Assembly (NCBI GenBank): GCA_030599585.1
Contig: JAUVNS010000006.1
Coordinates: 160,001-224,000 of the forward strand
Reading direction: 5' to 3'
DNA length: 64,000 bases
Source of the DNA: Promethearchaeota archaeon
Lineage (GTDB): Archaea; Asgardarchaeota; Lokiarchaeia; Sigyniarchaeales; SOKP01
Made by a program: the position numbers and the translations under genes. Of this stretch, positions 27,657-38,604 are shown piece after piece. Positions within the stretch are counted from its first letter, which is position 1. Each line of letters starts with the position of its first letter. The notes below the pieces were generated by a model, which did not search any database, had not been told where the DNA came from, and saw only the letters and a program-made list of their open reading frames with translations.

Positions 27657-28103
27657 TTGGAAAGTATATCAAAACAATTAGAAGATATGGTAAAAGAGAA
27701 GAAAGTTTTCAAAAGTGGAAAGCTGTTTAAATGTATATTAGGACTAAACGTAATAGAATCAAATGTTTTTTCGTATTTATTAAAACACGACAACGTGACT
27801 ACTAAGGAATTGACGGGTGAATTTAAAAAAGATAGAAGTTCAATTCAAAGAGCTTTAATGCAGTTGAGTGCTCTCGATATTATAGAGAAGCGATCAATGT
27901 CGTTAAAAGAATTCAACGAGAAAGATGGTAAAGAAGGAACAAATAAACGCGGATACTTATATGTTTACGGTGCCAAAGATCTTGAAATTGTAAGAGTTCA
28001 ATTACGTGATTTACTTGACAGGTGGTATAAATCTATGGTAAACCATATTGAAAATTTAGATAGTATTTTTGATTGCTACGAAAAAGATGGTGAAACTTGC
28101 TAA
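27657..28103 (+). CDS. Winged-helix transcriptional regulator (TrmB/MarR-like)
   Basis: CILGLNVIE..VF..LL, HTH KDRSSIQRAL..L, wing RGYLYVY. Confidence 0.8.
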   Translation: MESISKQLEDMVKEKKVFKSGKLFKCILGLNVIESNVFSYLLKHDNVTTKELTGEFKKDRSSIQRALMQLSALDIIEKRSMSLKEFNEKDGKEGTNKRGYLYVYGAKDLEIVRVQLRDLLDRWYKSMVNHIENLDSIFDCYEKDGETC

Positions 28104-28198
28104 CCGGTATTTTATTAAATATCTTCTAACTAACCATATAGTCTAATGCAATATTTCCTTATTATTTTCTACTTAGGTCTAATTTAAAAAAAAAGAAG

Positions 28199-28600
28199 TT
28201 AGAATGGTAGAATTATTAAAGTTATACCTAATAATAAGCCAAGTAAATACGCCACAATAACATAGAGGATAAAAGCAAGGATGGTTACCCCTATTGCTCC
28301 AAAGATTCCAGTGTTATGTCTAGCACTAATTAACAACCACGATGCAATTAAGACAATTACCCACGCTACCCAAGTACCTAGGAACAAAAATGTTAGGGCA
28401 TAAATAACCGTTATTACAAAAGAAGTAAAAAATACTGATCCAAACTCCCTGTGCCTAGCACTACTGAAAAAGCTCAAAGCTATTTTAAGAAAAATGCCCA
28501 TTACTATCAGAAAGATCAAGTAGAGGAGAAGAAACCACATAATATCTTCAAGAGTGCCAAAGGTTTGAGCCCAATCTTCGTTAAAAATTTCAAATATCAT
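28199..28600 (-). CDS. Hypothetical membrane protein (about 4 TM)
   Basis: Highly hydrophobic 133-aa ORF. Confidence 0.75.
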   Translation of the reverse strand: MIFEIFNEDWAQTFGTLEDIMWFLLLYLIFLIVMGIFLKIALSFFSSARHREFGSVFFTSFVITVIYALTFLFLGTWVAWVIVLIASWLLISARHNTGIFGAIGVTILAFILYVIVAYLLGLLLGITLIILPF

Positions 28601-28696
28601 TATAAAACCTTATTTTTATTTATAATATTTCTTAGAATATCTTGAAATATTTATGTATTATTCATATTTTCTAGAAGTCTAATTTGATGAAAGTTG

Positions 28697-29032
28697 TTAC
28701 ATCCAAGAAGCAATTTTTGGAGTTTTAGCCAGAATGTCCACAAGATCCTCGTATTCAATGCATTTAATTCTAGGATCGACCGTACTAGGTTCAATTCCTC
28801 GTGCTAGAAGATCAGGTGTTATTGCAAATACAGATACTGAAAGACTTAACAATTTTTCTAATGAGCTTGGTATTGTACCACTTTGTGAGGTTCCTATTAC
28901 ACCATCGTGAATGAGAACGATTGCGATACTAGAACCATTATCAGTTTGGTCCTTTAGAATACTCAGCAGATTATCTAAATACGCCTGCTTTCTTGTACTA
29001 AAACCATATAAATACACTAATTCTTCTTTCAT
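28697..29032 (-). CDS. DsrH/TusB-family sulfur relay protein
   Basis: IVLIHDGV, DLLARGI and YEDLVDI...KIASW. Third gene of a DsrE-F-H-like operon. Confidence 0.8.
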   Translation of the reverse strand: MKEELVYLYGFSTRKQAYLDNLLSILKDQTDNGSSIAIVLIHDGVIGTSQSGTIPSSLEKLLSLSVSVFAITPDLLARGIEPSTVDPRIKCIEYEDLVDILAKTPKIASWM

Positions 29033-29056
29033 TTCTTTTATACGCCTCTTAGGATA

Positions 29057-29425
29057 TCAATACTTATACGTTACATCGGCTTCTAGAATAAATTTTGAAA
29101 TTTCCTTATTGCTTGCTACCTTTACATTGTCAAATTCGACTAAATCTGATTGTTTTATTCCCGCAATCTCTAACGCAGAGTCTAACACATACACATCCAG
29201 ATCAGAAAGTTCCATCATTCTAAATATGTTCGAAGGGACATCCATATTGACCTTCTCGGGGTCAAAATTCTTGGATAAAAAGTAAACTGAATCCCCCATA
29301 AAGATTATCTTACACTCTTCGAGATCGCCTACTGCCATAATTCCCGCGCCCATCCGGATTGCTTCGATAACTGAATTCTTCCCAATTGGAGAATCCAAGC
29401 ATAAAATTACTACTGATTTAACCAT
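29057..29425 (-). CDS. DsrF/TusC-like (DsrE family) protein
   Basis: Likely start ATG 29425. SPIG...EAIRMG, IFMGDSVY. Confidence 0.78.
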   Translation of the reverse strand: MVKSVVILCLDSPIGKNSVIEAIRMGAGIMAVGDLEECKIIFMGDSVYFLSKNFDPEKVNMDVPSNIFRMMELSDLDVYVLDSALEIAGIKQSDLVEFDNVKVASNKEISKFILEADVTYKY

Positions 29426-29429
29426 GCAT

Positions 29430-29798
29430 TCACCCTCCTGGACCAAATACTATTACTCTATCTGATTCTGCCATCCATTTTGACAAATCCCCTAATCCAA
29501 CTTGACTAGCATTCTCGATCAACTCGTCGGGTTTTAAACCAGTAAAGTTCATCCATGTACTACACGCAAAGAGTTTCATATTGTTCCCATCTATAAAATT
29601 CTCGAGACGTTTAGGTAAGTTTCTCATTGACGAGCTTAGTTTTAAGTCCCGTTTCGCACTATACACCCCGCTTCCATAAAAATATATACCTAATATTTGA
29701 TGGCCTTTCTTTAGGATTGCTTGTCCTAAGTTAAGCATCGTGTCTAGTGCTTCGAATTTATAAGGCTCAGCGCATACGACAAAGGTAAAAACAACCAT
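29430..29798 (-). CDS. DsrE/TusD-family sulfurtransferase
   Basis: EPY, KGHQILGIYFYGSGVY, conserved Cys in LFACST, GLGDLSKWMAESDRVIVF. Confidence 0.82.
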   Translation of the reverse strand: MVVFTFVVCAEPYKFEALDTMLNLGQAILKKGHQILGIYFYGSGVYSAKRDLKLSSSMRNLPKRLENFIDGNNMKLFACSTWMNFTGLKPDELIENASQVGLGDLSKWMAESDRVIVFGPGG

Positions 29799-29905
29799 AT
29801 TAACAAAATAAATTTTTTTGAATATATAGTTAATGCTAATATTTACATCAAAAAAAGGAAAAAAAATTGTTTAAACATTAAACTTGTTTTAAAAATAAGA
29901 GAATA

Positions 29906-30739
29906 TTAATCTCTCTGATCCTCATCAACCAAGCGGCTTCTGAAAATCAATAGAAATGCTAATAAAGCAGTAGCAAGCACTACTCCGATCAGATAATCGA
30001 GTGTAGATGTTCGAATAATCTGTGTTGGAATGTTAATCGTTATAATACTTAATGCTGAAACTAATGCTAGCCACCATCCACTCTTATTACGCTCTGCCAT
30101 CATAGGAATTGAAGCAAAAAGCATGAGAACAGCAATCCAGTTGATCTCACCGGACATTGTTAATATCCACCATTCTAAGCCATCGAAAAAAGGAGCCGCC
30201 AATCGTGTAAGCAACATTCTTTGTGCTCCAATGCCGATAACAAACGCGTGTGTAGCCAGCATGCCGACAAATGTGAATGTTATTAGGTTTCCTATTTTTT
30301 CAGAAGTGCTTTCATATCTATGTAACAGAAATACGCTCATGTAGCCCACTAATCCAACGAAGCAAATAAAGATAGGAATTGGGAGCCCTCCCACCCAACT
30401 TATGTAAGGGAGAAACATAAACATCCCACCAATGGATGGTACTGCATATGCAGTTAATTCGATCTTCATAGTCCATGCCTCACCTTTTAAGATGGAGGGT
30501 GTAATGGCTAATAGAACAATTCCCGCCACATATATTAGAGCTCGCCACAAAGGATAAAAGAAGGAGAATAAAGCAATTCCACTAGCAAATTTAGGTTCAG
30601 TTATAACGGTATCAACAATCTCAGCTAAGAGAGCTTCCAGAGATATCTGCACTAGAGTAGGCGCAACGAGAAGCATGAAGAGACCGACTGCTACAGCTAT
30701 TATACTTTTTATTATTTTTGGAATTTTAGATTTTTTCAT
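29906..30739 (-). CDS. Hypothetical multi-pass membrane protein
   Basis: About 8 hydrophobic segments; no motif recognised. Confidence 0.75.
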   Translation of the reverse strand: MKKSKIPKIIKSIIAVAVGLFMLLVAPTLVQISLEALLAEIVDTVITEPKFASGIALFSFFYPLWRALIYVAGIVLLAITPSILKGEAWTMKIELTAYAVPSIGGMFMFLPYISWVGGLPIPIFICFVGLVGYMSVFLLHRYESTSEKIGNLITFTFVGMLATHAFVIGIGAQRMLLTRLAAPFFDGLEWWILTMSGEINWIAVLMLFASIPMMAERNKSGWWLALVSALSIITINIPTQIIRTSTLDYLIGVVLATALLAFLLIFRSRLVDEDQRD

Positions 30740-31010
30740 TTATGTACCACGAAATTATGTTTTTTTTTGTTTTTATAATATAATTTTTGTTAAATATTTC
30801 GTTAAGGAGATAAATAAAGCTATTACTTTACCGGTAAAGTAATTTTAGTTAACTTGTTTTTAATATATTAAGTTCTGTAAATAAACGATACACTTGTCTA
30901 TAATTAGATTTTTTCATTATCCTTTATTTAAATATTTAAATTTCGCTTTTAGTTAATAAATTTTAACGATTTAAAAGAAATATCTTATTTCGAGTAAGAT
31001 TTCTTTTTTT

Positions 31011-31030
31011 ATATTAGATAAGCCTAATAT
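31011..31030. promoter_or_regulatory. Palindromic operator upstream of the iron permease (DtxR/IdeR-box-like)
   Basis: ATATTAG-ATAAGC-CTAATAT, with a TTAG.....CCTAA core, abutting a TTTAAAT TATA-like box about 100 nt before FTR1. Confidence 0.5.
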
Positions 31031-31126
31031 TTAAATCTTTAATTTATCTTAATTTTCATAAGAAACTTACTTTAAAATATTTAATATGGTGGTTAAATCA
31101 CGATAAATCAGATATCATTTGTTGAC

Positions 31127-31978
31127 TTGTCAATCCCGATGTTTCTAGCATTGAGGGAAGGGTTAGAAGCTGTCTTAGTTGTGGTAATAATTTTATTATA
31201 CTTAAAAAAAACCAACCAAAAGTTTTATTATAAGTATGTATATTTAGGAATTCTTTTAGCAACAATTGCAAGCGTCGTATTTGCTATCATCTTCTCAATA
31301 GCATTTGGAGGATTTACTGGCATACCTGAAAAAATATTTGAGGGGACAACATTTATCATTTCAGGCATTTTTATATTAACATTAGTTTTATGGGTGAGTA
31401 AGGAAGGTCCAAAGATGAAAGAGAACCTTGAAGGAAGATTAGAAGAATCTATTAATACGCAAAAGGTATTTTCGATTTCTATCACTACATTTATTATTAT
31501 AATTAGAGAAGGAATTGAATTAGTCCTACTCACAACAGGGGCTGCTTCTATAGGTTCTTTAAATCAAGGAAACGTTATATTAGGGTCTATCATTGGTTTA
31601 GCAATCTCGATTCTCATTGGATTTTTAATATTTTACAGTATAAAATCCATAAATTTGAGAACCTTTTTTAAAATAACAAATGTAATGCTAATATTATTCG
31701 CTGCTGGGTTAATTACGTATGGTATCCACGAATTTATTGAAGCGGGAATAATTAATCCGATTATTGAAGAAGTATGGAATATTAAGCATATTTTACCTGA
31801 AAAATTTCCCGATGGAAACCCCGCAACTCCTGAATTTTTAGAGATTATAGGCGCCCTACTAAAAGCTCTCTTTGGATATAATGCTAATCCTGCTTTGCTA
31901 GAAGTAATTATTTATCCGGTGTTATTAGTTTCAATAGGTATAATTTCAGCCCTGGTATGGAAACGTAATAACCATTAA
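31127..31978 (+). CDS. FTR1/EfeU-family high-affinity iron permease
   Basis: Two REGxE motifs (LREGLE, IREGIE), plus FAAGL...GIHEF.EAG and LFGY. Confidence 0.93.
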   Translation: MSIPMFLALREGLEAVLVVVIILLYLKKTNQKFYYKYVYLGILLATIASVVFAIIFSIAFGGFTGIPEKIFEGTTFIISGIFILTLVLWVSKEGPKMKENLEGRLEESINTQKVFSISITTFIIIIREGIELVLLTTGAASIGSLNQGNVILGSIIGLAISILIGFLIFYSIKSINLRTFFKITNVMLILFAAGLITYGIHEFIEAGIINPIIEEVWNIKHILPEKFPDGNPATPEFLEIIGALLKALFGYNANPALLEVIIYPVLLVSIGIISALVWKRNNH

Positions 31979-31992
31979 AAGAGCTTGTTTAT

Positions 31993-33051
31993 TTATTTCT
32001 TAATTTTACTCCCCATTTCGTTCAGAATAAGAAATCCAATAAAGAGCTCCATGAAAAAGAATAAGTCTGTAGCTTCAACAAACATGAAAGACGCACATAA
32101 TAAAACAAACACACCATAGCTAAGTTGCTTTATCATTTGATTTTTTCTTGTTTTGCCTATTATCCAAAGTAAATAAATACCGGTTGTTAACAGTCCTACG
32201 CTAATAATTGCCCAATTTAAAAGGATAAGGTTTGATCCTATATACGTAAATCCTAATACATATATTAATGTCCAGGCAAAAATATCCGAAGATCGAATAG
32301 AATGCTCTTCGGTTTCAATAGTAAAACCGGAGTCTACGAAACCCAATATAATGATAACTCCAACAAGAATAAAAATAAGAGGTAGTTTTCTTTTAATTCC
32401 TTTTATGTTGATTCTTTCCCTAAACATAAAGGGAAGAATGAAAATAAGAGGACAAAGAACTACAACGGACAAAACTTGTCCAATTTCGAAGAGTATTGAG
32501 TGAAATTCAGGCGGAATATTAAATACTGAGTTTAATGTAAAAAATAATTCGTGAATTAACGCAAAATCAAAGATAACAACAATCAATATCAAAATTGAAT
32601 TACTAATTATTGAAACTTTCAAGTTATCACCACTAATCTCTTTTGATTTTATCTTTTGAATAGTGAGAAGATTAATTATAAAACCACTTATCAAAAACCC
32701 AATAAATTGAAATAATAATGGAAATGATATTGGAAATGCTAGATTAATATAATAAAAAAGATAGCTTGTGGAAAAAAAGAAGAGTTCAAAGCCCAATAAA
32801 ATTTTATAAAAAAAATCGAATCGTTTTTTGTATAAAAAAAATCCCAACATTATGAAATTTAATAATACCATCATTATACGGGCTATTGCTCCTAGTACAT
32901 TTATAGCATAATAAAGATTTCCCAAGGAGAATGCCGTACCTACTCTATAAAATAATCTATCGATTAACACTTCGATTGTAATAGTTAATAAAAACACTTT
33001 TTGAATTTGATAAAACAAAGTTTTAGATTCGTTTGAGCTTTCTTGTTTCAT
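31993..33051 (-). CDS. Hypothetical multi-pass membrane protein (about 10 TM)
   Basis: Hydrophobic ORF directly downstream of, and co-oriented with, the heme-binding DOMON-like gene. Confidence 0.72.
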   Translation of the reverse strand: MKQESSNESKTLFYQIQKVFLLTITIEVLIDRLFYRVGTAFSLGNLYYAINVLGAIARIMMVLLNFIMLGFFLYKKRFDFFYKILLGFELFFFSTSYLFYYINLAFPISFPLLFQFIGFLISGFIINLLTIQKIKSKEISGDNLKVSIISNSILILIVVIFDFALIHELFFTLNSVFNIPPEFHSILFEIGQVLSVVVLCPLIFILPFMFRERINIKGIKRKLPLIFILVGVIIILGFVDSGFTIETEEHSIRSSDIFAWTLIYVLGFTYIGSNLILLNWAIISVGLLTTGIYLLWIIGKTRKNQMIKQLSYGVFVLLCASFMFVEATDLFFFMELFIGFLILNEMGSKIKK

Positions 33052-33131
33052 GAACTGATACCCTACTTATATTTTTATTCGTGTTGTACTTCTAAATTAA
33101 AAAAAAAAAAAAATTTTATTTCTATAATTTA

Positions 33132-34316
33132 TTACCTTTTACGTTTGACAACGCGTACGATAATTCCGATTGTTACTATCGATGCCATTCCTAACATAAT
33201 TACCGAAAACCCATCAATAAATGGAGGTTCTGTTGTAGGTGCCGTACTTAAATACAAAGTCTTCCATGCTGCCGTAATGTACTTAAATTCGTGGTCGTGG
33301 TCGTAATTTCCATCGTAAATTGAGAGGGCAAACTTTATTGTATCTCCAAGCGACATAGCCTTATCAATAACTGCGTTACTCACTGCTAAATCTCGTTCTA
33401 CCTCTAGACTCCAGCCAGCGCCATCGTGATTGGCTTTAGCTTCAATAAAGTATCGTTCTTCAGAACTAAGTGGTGATGGAAAGATTCCGAAAGCAGTATA
33501 TTCACTATCGCCAGATCTCTTTCGCGATTCTGTATCTAAATACTCGTTTTCAGCAAAAGAGAAATCATGTGAGATGACAGTTGCTGCTATAGCGCTGGTG
33601 TTCGTGCTAACAGACCATCTATATTTTCCTGTCGCATTAGCGACATAGTAGACTTGATCTCCTACAACACCACCCATATCTGAAAGGTCCCATATATCCC
33701 AATTAGAGCCTGTATAGTTTTCTTGATAGTAAATCGCTGTATGGGCTGCAACTGGAAGACCGTTGTAAGTTCCTGCACTATCTCCAGTATTAAAAGCAAC
33801 TCCATGTCGTGGAACAACTATGTGTTTTTCGCCTTCAGAATCTGTTCTTGCCGCTTTCCAATGCCAATGATCAGCCGTACCACTTGTTGTAGCGCCATTA
33901 GTCGATGTATTCATGCACGGAGCATCCATATCGTTTAAACCCTCTATAAGGATCATTGCAGATAAACGATCTTCATGACCTTCGATAGTATTATTCTCTG
34001 TTGGATCAGTCCAATTGAAAAAAAGTCTTATTTTAGTATCAGTGACAACAGCTTTCATTGTTACAATACGTTGGTTTACTGGCATTACTGTAGCACTTGG
34101 AGTAGCTGTCAATGAAAATGTCTGACTCGTTGCAGTTGACCAAAATGCTTCATTATCGAGACCATCAACAGTAATATCACCAGATACATAAGGTGCTGTG
34201 ATATTAGGTGATTGTGCTCCGACAAGAGCGGCATTTGAGACAAATAGAATCGTAGATATTCCGAATATCGCTAACAAGATTATACTAAATCTTTTATTTT
34301 TCATTTTCTTCAACAA
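33132..34316 (-). CDS. Exported ethylbenzene-dehydrogenase-type (EB_dh, DOMON-like) heme-binding protein with C-terminal membrane anchor
   Basis: Signal peptide, ITVDG..NE..W, FNWTDPT, EDRLS, ADHWHWKA and WSLEVER. C-terminal IDGF + TM + RKR sorting-type tail. Confidence 0.78.
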   Translation of the reverse strand: MLKKMKNKRFSIILLAIFGISTILFVSNAALVGAQSPNITAPYVSGDITVDGLDNEAFWSTATSQTFSLTATPSATVMPVNQRIVTMKAVVTDTKIRLFFNWTDPTENNTIEGHEDRLSAMILIEGLNDMDAPCMNTSTNGATTSGTADHWHWKAARTDSEGEKHIVVPRHGVAFNTGDSAGTYNGLPVAAHTAIYYQENYTGSNWDIWDLSDMGGVVGDQVYYVANATGKYRWSVSTNTSAIAATVISHDFSFAENEYLDTESRKRSGDSEYTAFGIFPSPLSSEERYFIEAKANHDGAGWSLEVERDLAVSNAVIDKAMSLGDTIKFALSIYDGNYDHDHEFKYITAAWKTLYLSTAPTTEPPFIDGFSVIMLGMASIVTIGIIVRVVKRKR

Positions 34317-34477
34317 AAATTTTTTTTAGTTTAAAATTTCTTAATTTAGAAGTTATAAAAGGAAAATATTTCCCTTTTATTTTGAAAATCATGAACAATA
34401 TTTAAGATTTTGTCTTTTGGGTAATTTTAAACTGCCAGATCGTTTCAAAGTTCAATTTTAAGCAATATTTTAATATT

Positions 34478-34494
34478 AGTTTCAATTTTAAACT
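34478..34494. promoter_or_regulatory. 17-bp quasi-palindromic operator candidate AGTTTCAATTTTAAACT
   Basis: Exact reverse complement at 35011-35027, 15/17 copy at 41674-41690, and 12-nt core at 39711-39722. Confidence 0.5.
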
Positions 34495-34606
34495 TACGAA
34501 TTATAGAATATATGGTTCACCACTAGTTTTATTATTCATATGTTCCTAAAAAAAGCACGAATTCAAAAACCAGCTTGATTTTTTAAAAAAAAAAGTTAAG
34601 GTATTC

Positions 34607-34864
34607 TCACACTGTTATTTCGAAAATGCTCACGCGCTTATCAATTATATCCTTGGATTTTTTAATAAAATTTTTCTCTTGGAGCTTCTTAAGAGCGTAG
34701 GCGGTTGTTCGTTTTGGAAGAAGTGTTTTTTCTATAATTTCTTGCTGTTTCAGAGGACCTCTTTGTTTCAAAAGATATAAAATAAATTTACTTGAGGGAG
34801 ATAATGAAAACAAATTGGTTCTTTGTTCGTAATCTCCGATGAAGTATTTGTCCTCTACAATCAT
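34607..34864 (-). CDS. MarR-like winged-helix regulator
   Basis: LSPSSKFILYLL...GPLKQQEI...TLLPKRTTAYALKKL...DKR. Confidence 0.85.
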   Translation of the reverse strand: MIVEDKYFIGDYEQRTNLFSLSPSSKFILYLLKQRGPLKQQEIIEKTLLPKRTTAYALKKLQEKNFIKKSKDIIDKRVSIFEITV

Positions 34865-35540
34865 GAAACCATCTAGATTAAAATTATTTGAATGTTTATT
34901 ATTTTGTTCAATTTATAATAAAGATTATGTATATTTAAGATTATGGCTAATTGATTAATAAGTTTTTCTAATTTAGCCCGTGTTTCAAATAGCTACAATT
35001 TTGAAAAAAAAGTTTAAAATTGAAACTTTTCAATTCTTCAAAATATTGATGAAAAAGAGAGTTATAGCACAATTAACAACATATTTAGCATGATCGAGTA
35101 CAATTCACCTAATAATAGTTTCTTACTGTCAAATTTTAAGTGTTTTTATTGTTTCTAGTAATATAATAGATTGAAATAAATTATTTGGTCCAGATTAAAG
35201 TGCGCATAAATCTTTTAGAACCGAATTTCCTTTCTTATCAGGTTAGAACTTTTCCTTAGTTTGGGAAAATCCGAGAGATTTATTATTTTTTTAATAAAAC
35301 AACAATTATGCAAAACTTGCACATATCTTTATAATGCTCCGTAATGTTTTCATTCTTCATAAAAGGAGAATATTAATTCAAATTAATCTTGAACTTCGCC
35401 CTTAGCATTATATTTTAAAAAAAACTAACTTCTTGCGATTACTTTTTATTTGAATTTAATTCTCCTTTACTCCTTTCTTATTCTGTTAATAGAAAGCTAA
35501 AAAAGTTAAAAATAGAATTTTAAACCATTGAAAATAATTA

Positions 35541-36920
35541 TTATTGGTAAAATTCACAATCGTTTAGGAGTTGGGATATGTCCATTACTTTTAGTGGGGA
35601 ATTATCTTCATTTGCTACTTGGAATAAGTTATTCTTACAAAATACGCATGAGCTCACTAAAACTTCGGCATTTGTTTCAACTGCTTCTTTCAATCTATCC
35701 TCACGAATTCTAATCATACAAGTACGAGTCTCAGCTATTCTATCTCTTCCTACCTCACCAGCAATGTCTCCATATAGCGCTTTAACTCCGCCCCCCGCCC
35801 CACAACACCAGGACATATCTCTATTATGTTTCATTTCGTATAATTTAACGCCTTCAATCATATTTATTAATTCTCTCGGTTCCTCAAACACGCCACAATA
35901 TCTCCCTAAATGGCACGGATCGTGATAAGTTATCAATAAGGGATTTTCTTTTGTTCGCTTGGTATATCTTATTTTAAGGTTTTTTTCCTTTACCTTTTTT
36001 AACACAAATTGAGTTAGATGGAAAATATCAAATCCTAGATTTCCACCAGCAAACTTAGAATATTCTAAAGTGAAAGTAGAAAAACAACCCGAGCAAGAAA
36101 AGACAACTTCAGAAACACCGCTTTCACGAATCATTTTATAATTATGTTTAATGAGCTCAATAGCCTCATCCTCTAAACCTGTGCGAAATAATACAGATCC
36201 GCAGCATCTTTCTTCTGGAAAAACATAAAATTCTATTCCTAGTTTTCCTAATACATCACTTGTAGCATTGACGAGTTCTCTATTTCGATAAGAGGAAGTA
36301 CAACCAATAAAATAGCCAACACTATCACTATTTCGTTTTCCTTTTTTTAAATCCTCAGATGAAAACTTTTCATCTATTAAATCAAGTTCCCGTTTTGTTC
36401 GTTCATAGGCTTGTTTACCAAATTCAGAACTCTCACACCAATTAAATCTATCACTATGATTTTCAAGATAAGGATTATTATTTTTAAGAATTGAATCTCG
36501 CATCCCTTTTAACCTGGCAGGTATAGCACCTCTTTTGACCACTGCTTTACGAAAATTTTGAAACACTTCAAGAGTATCGATTCCTACGGGACAAACAGTT
36601 TTACAATTCCCACAGAGCATACAGCGAAAAACAGAAGGTATTATCTCTTCCTTATCAAACTTAATATCCTTACGATCTAGTGCTTTGATAATTCTATTTC
36701 GCCCACCCGCATAATCAGTTTCTGACCAAGAGGTGTTATAAACTCTGCACACGTGACGACAATACCCACAATGAGTACAACGGTCATAACCGAATTTTTC
36801 TTCTTTTTCCTTTGTTTTTGGTTCAATTAGATTCTCTCTAGAAGGAGAAACTAAACCAGCAACGGGTGGACCTGTTGTAATTACATTTTTAATATCATTT
36901 TTTTCCTTGCCTTCACTCAT
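35541..36920 (-). CDS. (Fe-S)-binding protein of the HdrD/GlcF family (2x[4Fe-4S] + two CCG domains)
   Basis: CTHCGYCRHVC, CMLCGNCKTVCP, ERCCG, TYHDPCHLGR, WCCGAGGG and SSCVFC. Confidence 0.92.
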   Translation of the reverse strand: MSEGKEKNDIKNVITTGPPVAGLVSPSRENLIEPKTKEKEEKFGYDRCTHCGYCRHVCRVYNTSWSETDYAGGRNRIIKALDRKDIKFDKEEIIPSVFRCMLCGNCKTVCPVGIDTLEVFQNFRKAVVKRGAIPARLKGMRDSILKNNNPYLENHSDRFNWCESSEFGKQAYERTKRELDLIDEKFSSEDLKKGKRNSDSVGYFIGCTSSYRNRELVNATSDVLGKLGIEFYVFPEERCCGSVLFRTGLEDEAIELIKHNYKMIRESGVSEVVFSCSGCFSTFTLEYSKFAGGNLGFDIFHLTQFVLKKVKEKNLKIRYTKRTKENPLLITYHDPCHLGRYCGVFEEPRELINMIEGVKLYEMKHNRDMSWCCGAGGGVKALYGDIAGEVGRDRIAETRTCMIRIREDRLKEAVETNAEVLVSSCVFCKNNLFQVANEDNSPLKVMDISQLLNDCEFYQ

Positions 36921-37047
36921 ATTTTTATCCTCGGCTCTTTTTATTATTTACCAACTTTAAAAGATGGTTTCACGTAATTAATTTTAATTGTTATATTTTA
37001 TTTGAGATATAATTTTATGATATTTACTCGGTCTAACAAATATTCAA

Positions 37048-38562
37048 TTATTTTTTAAAAGATATTTTATACAATAATTTTGCTGTCGTAAAAAGTAATG
37101 AAATCCGCCAATGTTTCATTCTAGCTTTAACTAAACGATAGGAGTTAAACATATCTTTGGAGTCTAGCTTATTCTTCAATATTTTTCTATTTTTTACGAC
37201 TTCTCGTCTGTATTTTCGCAGATAAAAGGTATTAACAATCCCTATTGTGTAGAGACTATCTCCTTGTTTGAATGCTTCCTTGGACAAATCGTGCAAGAAT
37301 GCCTTGACGGTAAAAAATTCGATTGGTCTAGTAATATCTGAGAGACCAAATATTTTTACTCGGCTCCATCCCTCTTCCCCAGAAATCGTATAAGTTGCGA
37401 TAGGAAATTTATACTTACTGGCTCTTTTTATATAACTTTCATAAAAGGATAACAACCTTTCATTTGAAATCCAGTATTCTTGAAATATGATATTCCTACT
37501 TGTCCTTCCAATTGCTACTTCTGCATCGCTGATATCGCGCCATTTTTCTTTTAAATAAGAATCATCTATTCTAACACCTTTAAAATTTTGAGCTATTCTA
37601 TCAGACCATGAAACACTTCTAACTGTTTCTTCTGGATCATCATAAAAAACGGCCCAAACTAACCAATCTTGACTTGGAAAATTGATGTGTGCATATTGTT
37701 CAAACTTTCGTTCTGAAATTGAAAGAAAAAATGGTTTATCTTGTGGGTTACTTACTAAGGCTTTATAATAATTAATTGCATCTTCAAGAGAGGTAAAACC
37801 GTAGCCTTCAATTTCTAAAGAAGTTTTTAAATTTGTAAGAGATAACACTACCTCCGAGATAGCGCCGTATATACCATAAGTTCCAGTAATATCATCAAGC
37901 GATATTTCTCCATTCGAATCCTTCGAAATATGTTCGATTTTCCCATTAGGAAGAACTAAAGTTAACGATATTATTGAATCGGCCATTGTGCCATACTTTG
38001 GCACCCCAATTCCCGCTTTCCCAGGAGTTGCTATGAAACCACCAACACAAGAAGTTTTGAAGCTAGTAGGATAAGCTTTAGGTGCAAGTCCGTAATCTGA
38101 AAGGTTTTCCATTAAGTTTAACCATGATATTCCTGCCCCCACTCTGACCGTCATTTTTTCAGTGTCGACATGCTCAACTTTGTTAATGCGACGCATATCG
38201 ATTATCACTCCACCCTTTGCAGGAGTTGCTGAGGAAAAGCAAGATGTACCAGCAGCTCTTATTGTTATAGGTAATGAGAGTTCCCAACACTTCTTGATTA
38301 ATAGAGATAAGCTCTCTGTATCCGCGGGTCTAACAATGATGCTAGCAAGATAATTCTTTTTGAATTTGTAATGATAGGATGGTAAAGATGTAAGGTCAGC
38401 AGATGCTGATTCAAGCTCGTATCTATTAGTGCTTACATGGTATGGGGAAATGAATTCTTTAACTATTTCTTCGAAATTACGCTTTTTTCCCCTCTTCTTT
38501 ACTTTTTCTTGAGTTTGGGTTATCTTCCCGTTTATTTTTTCCTTGACTAATGTCTCATTCAT
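37048..38562 (-). CDS. FAD-binding oxidoreductase (GlcD / D-lactate dehydrogenase-like)
   Basis: VRP, RAAGTS, GGVIIDM.RIN, YPTS..TSCVGGFIAT and GTYGIYGAISEV. Upstream of the HdrD-like gene. Confidence 0.85.
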   Translation of the reverse strand: MNETLVKEKINGKITQTQEKVKKRGKKRNFEEIVKEFISPYHVSTNRYELESASADLTSLPSYHYKFKKNYLASIIVRPADTESLSLLIKKCWELSLPITIRAAGTSCFSSATPAKGGVIIDMRRINKVEHVDTEKMTVRVGAGISWLNLMENLSDYGLAPKAYPTSFKTSCVGGFIATPGKAGIGVPKYGTMADSIISLTLVLPNGKIEHISKDSNGEISLDDITGTYGIYGAISEVVLSLTNLKTSLEIEGYGFTSLEDAINYYKALVSNPQDKPFFLSISERKFEQYAHINFPSQDWLVWAVFYDDPEETVRSVSWSDRIAQNFKGVRIDDSYLKEKWRDISDAEVAIGRTSRNIIFQEYWISNERLLSFYESYIKRASKYKFPIATYTISGEEGWSRVKIFGLSDITRPIEFFTVKAFLHDLSKEAFKQGDSLYTIGIVNTFYLRKYRREVVKNRKILKNKLDSKDMFNSYRLVKARMKHWRISLLFTTAKLLYKISFKK

Positions 38563-38604
38563 TTTTTTAACACTTCCATTTAAAATTCTTGAATCTCATG
38601 CTTA

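Noticed and set aside
35283-35360. 25-codon minus-strand ORF MKNENITEHYKDMCKFC... in the long gap upstream of marR
   Set aside because: It is too short and has no convincing continuation, so it cannot be distinguished from chance or a decayed remnant.
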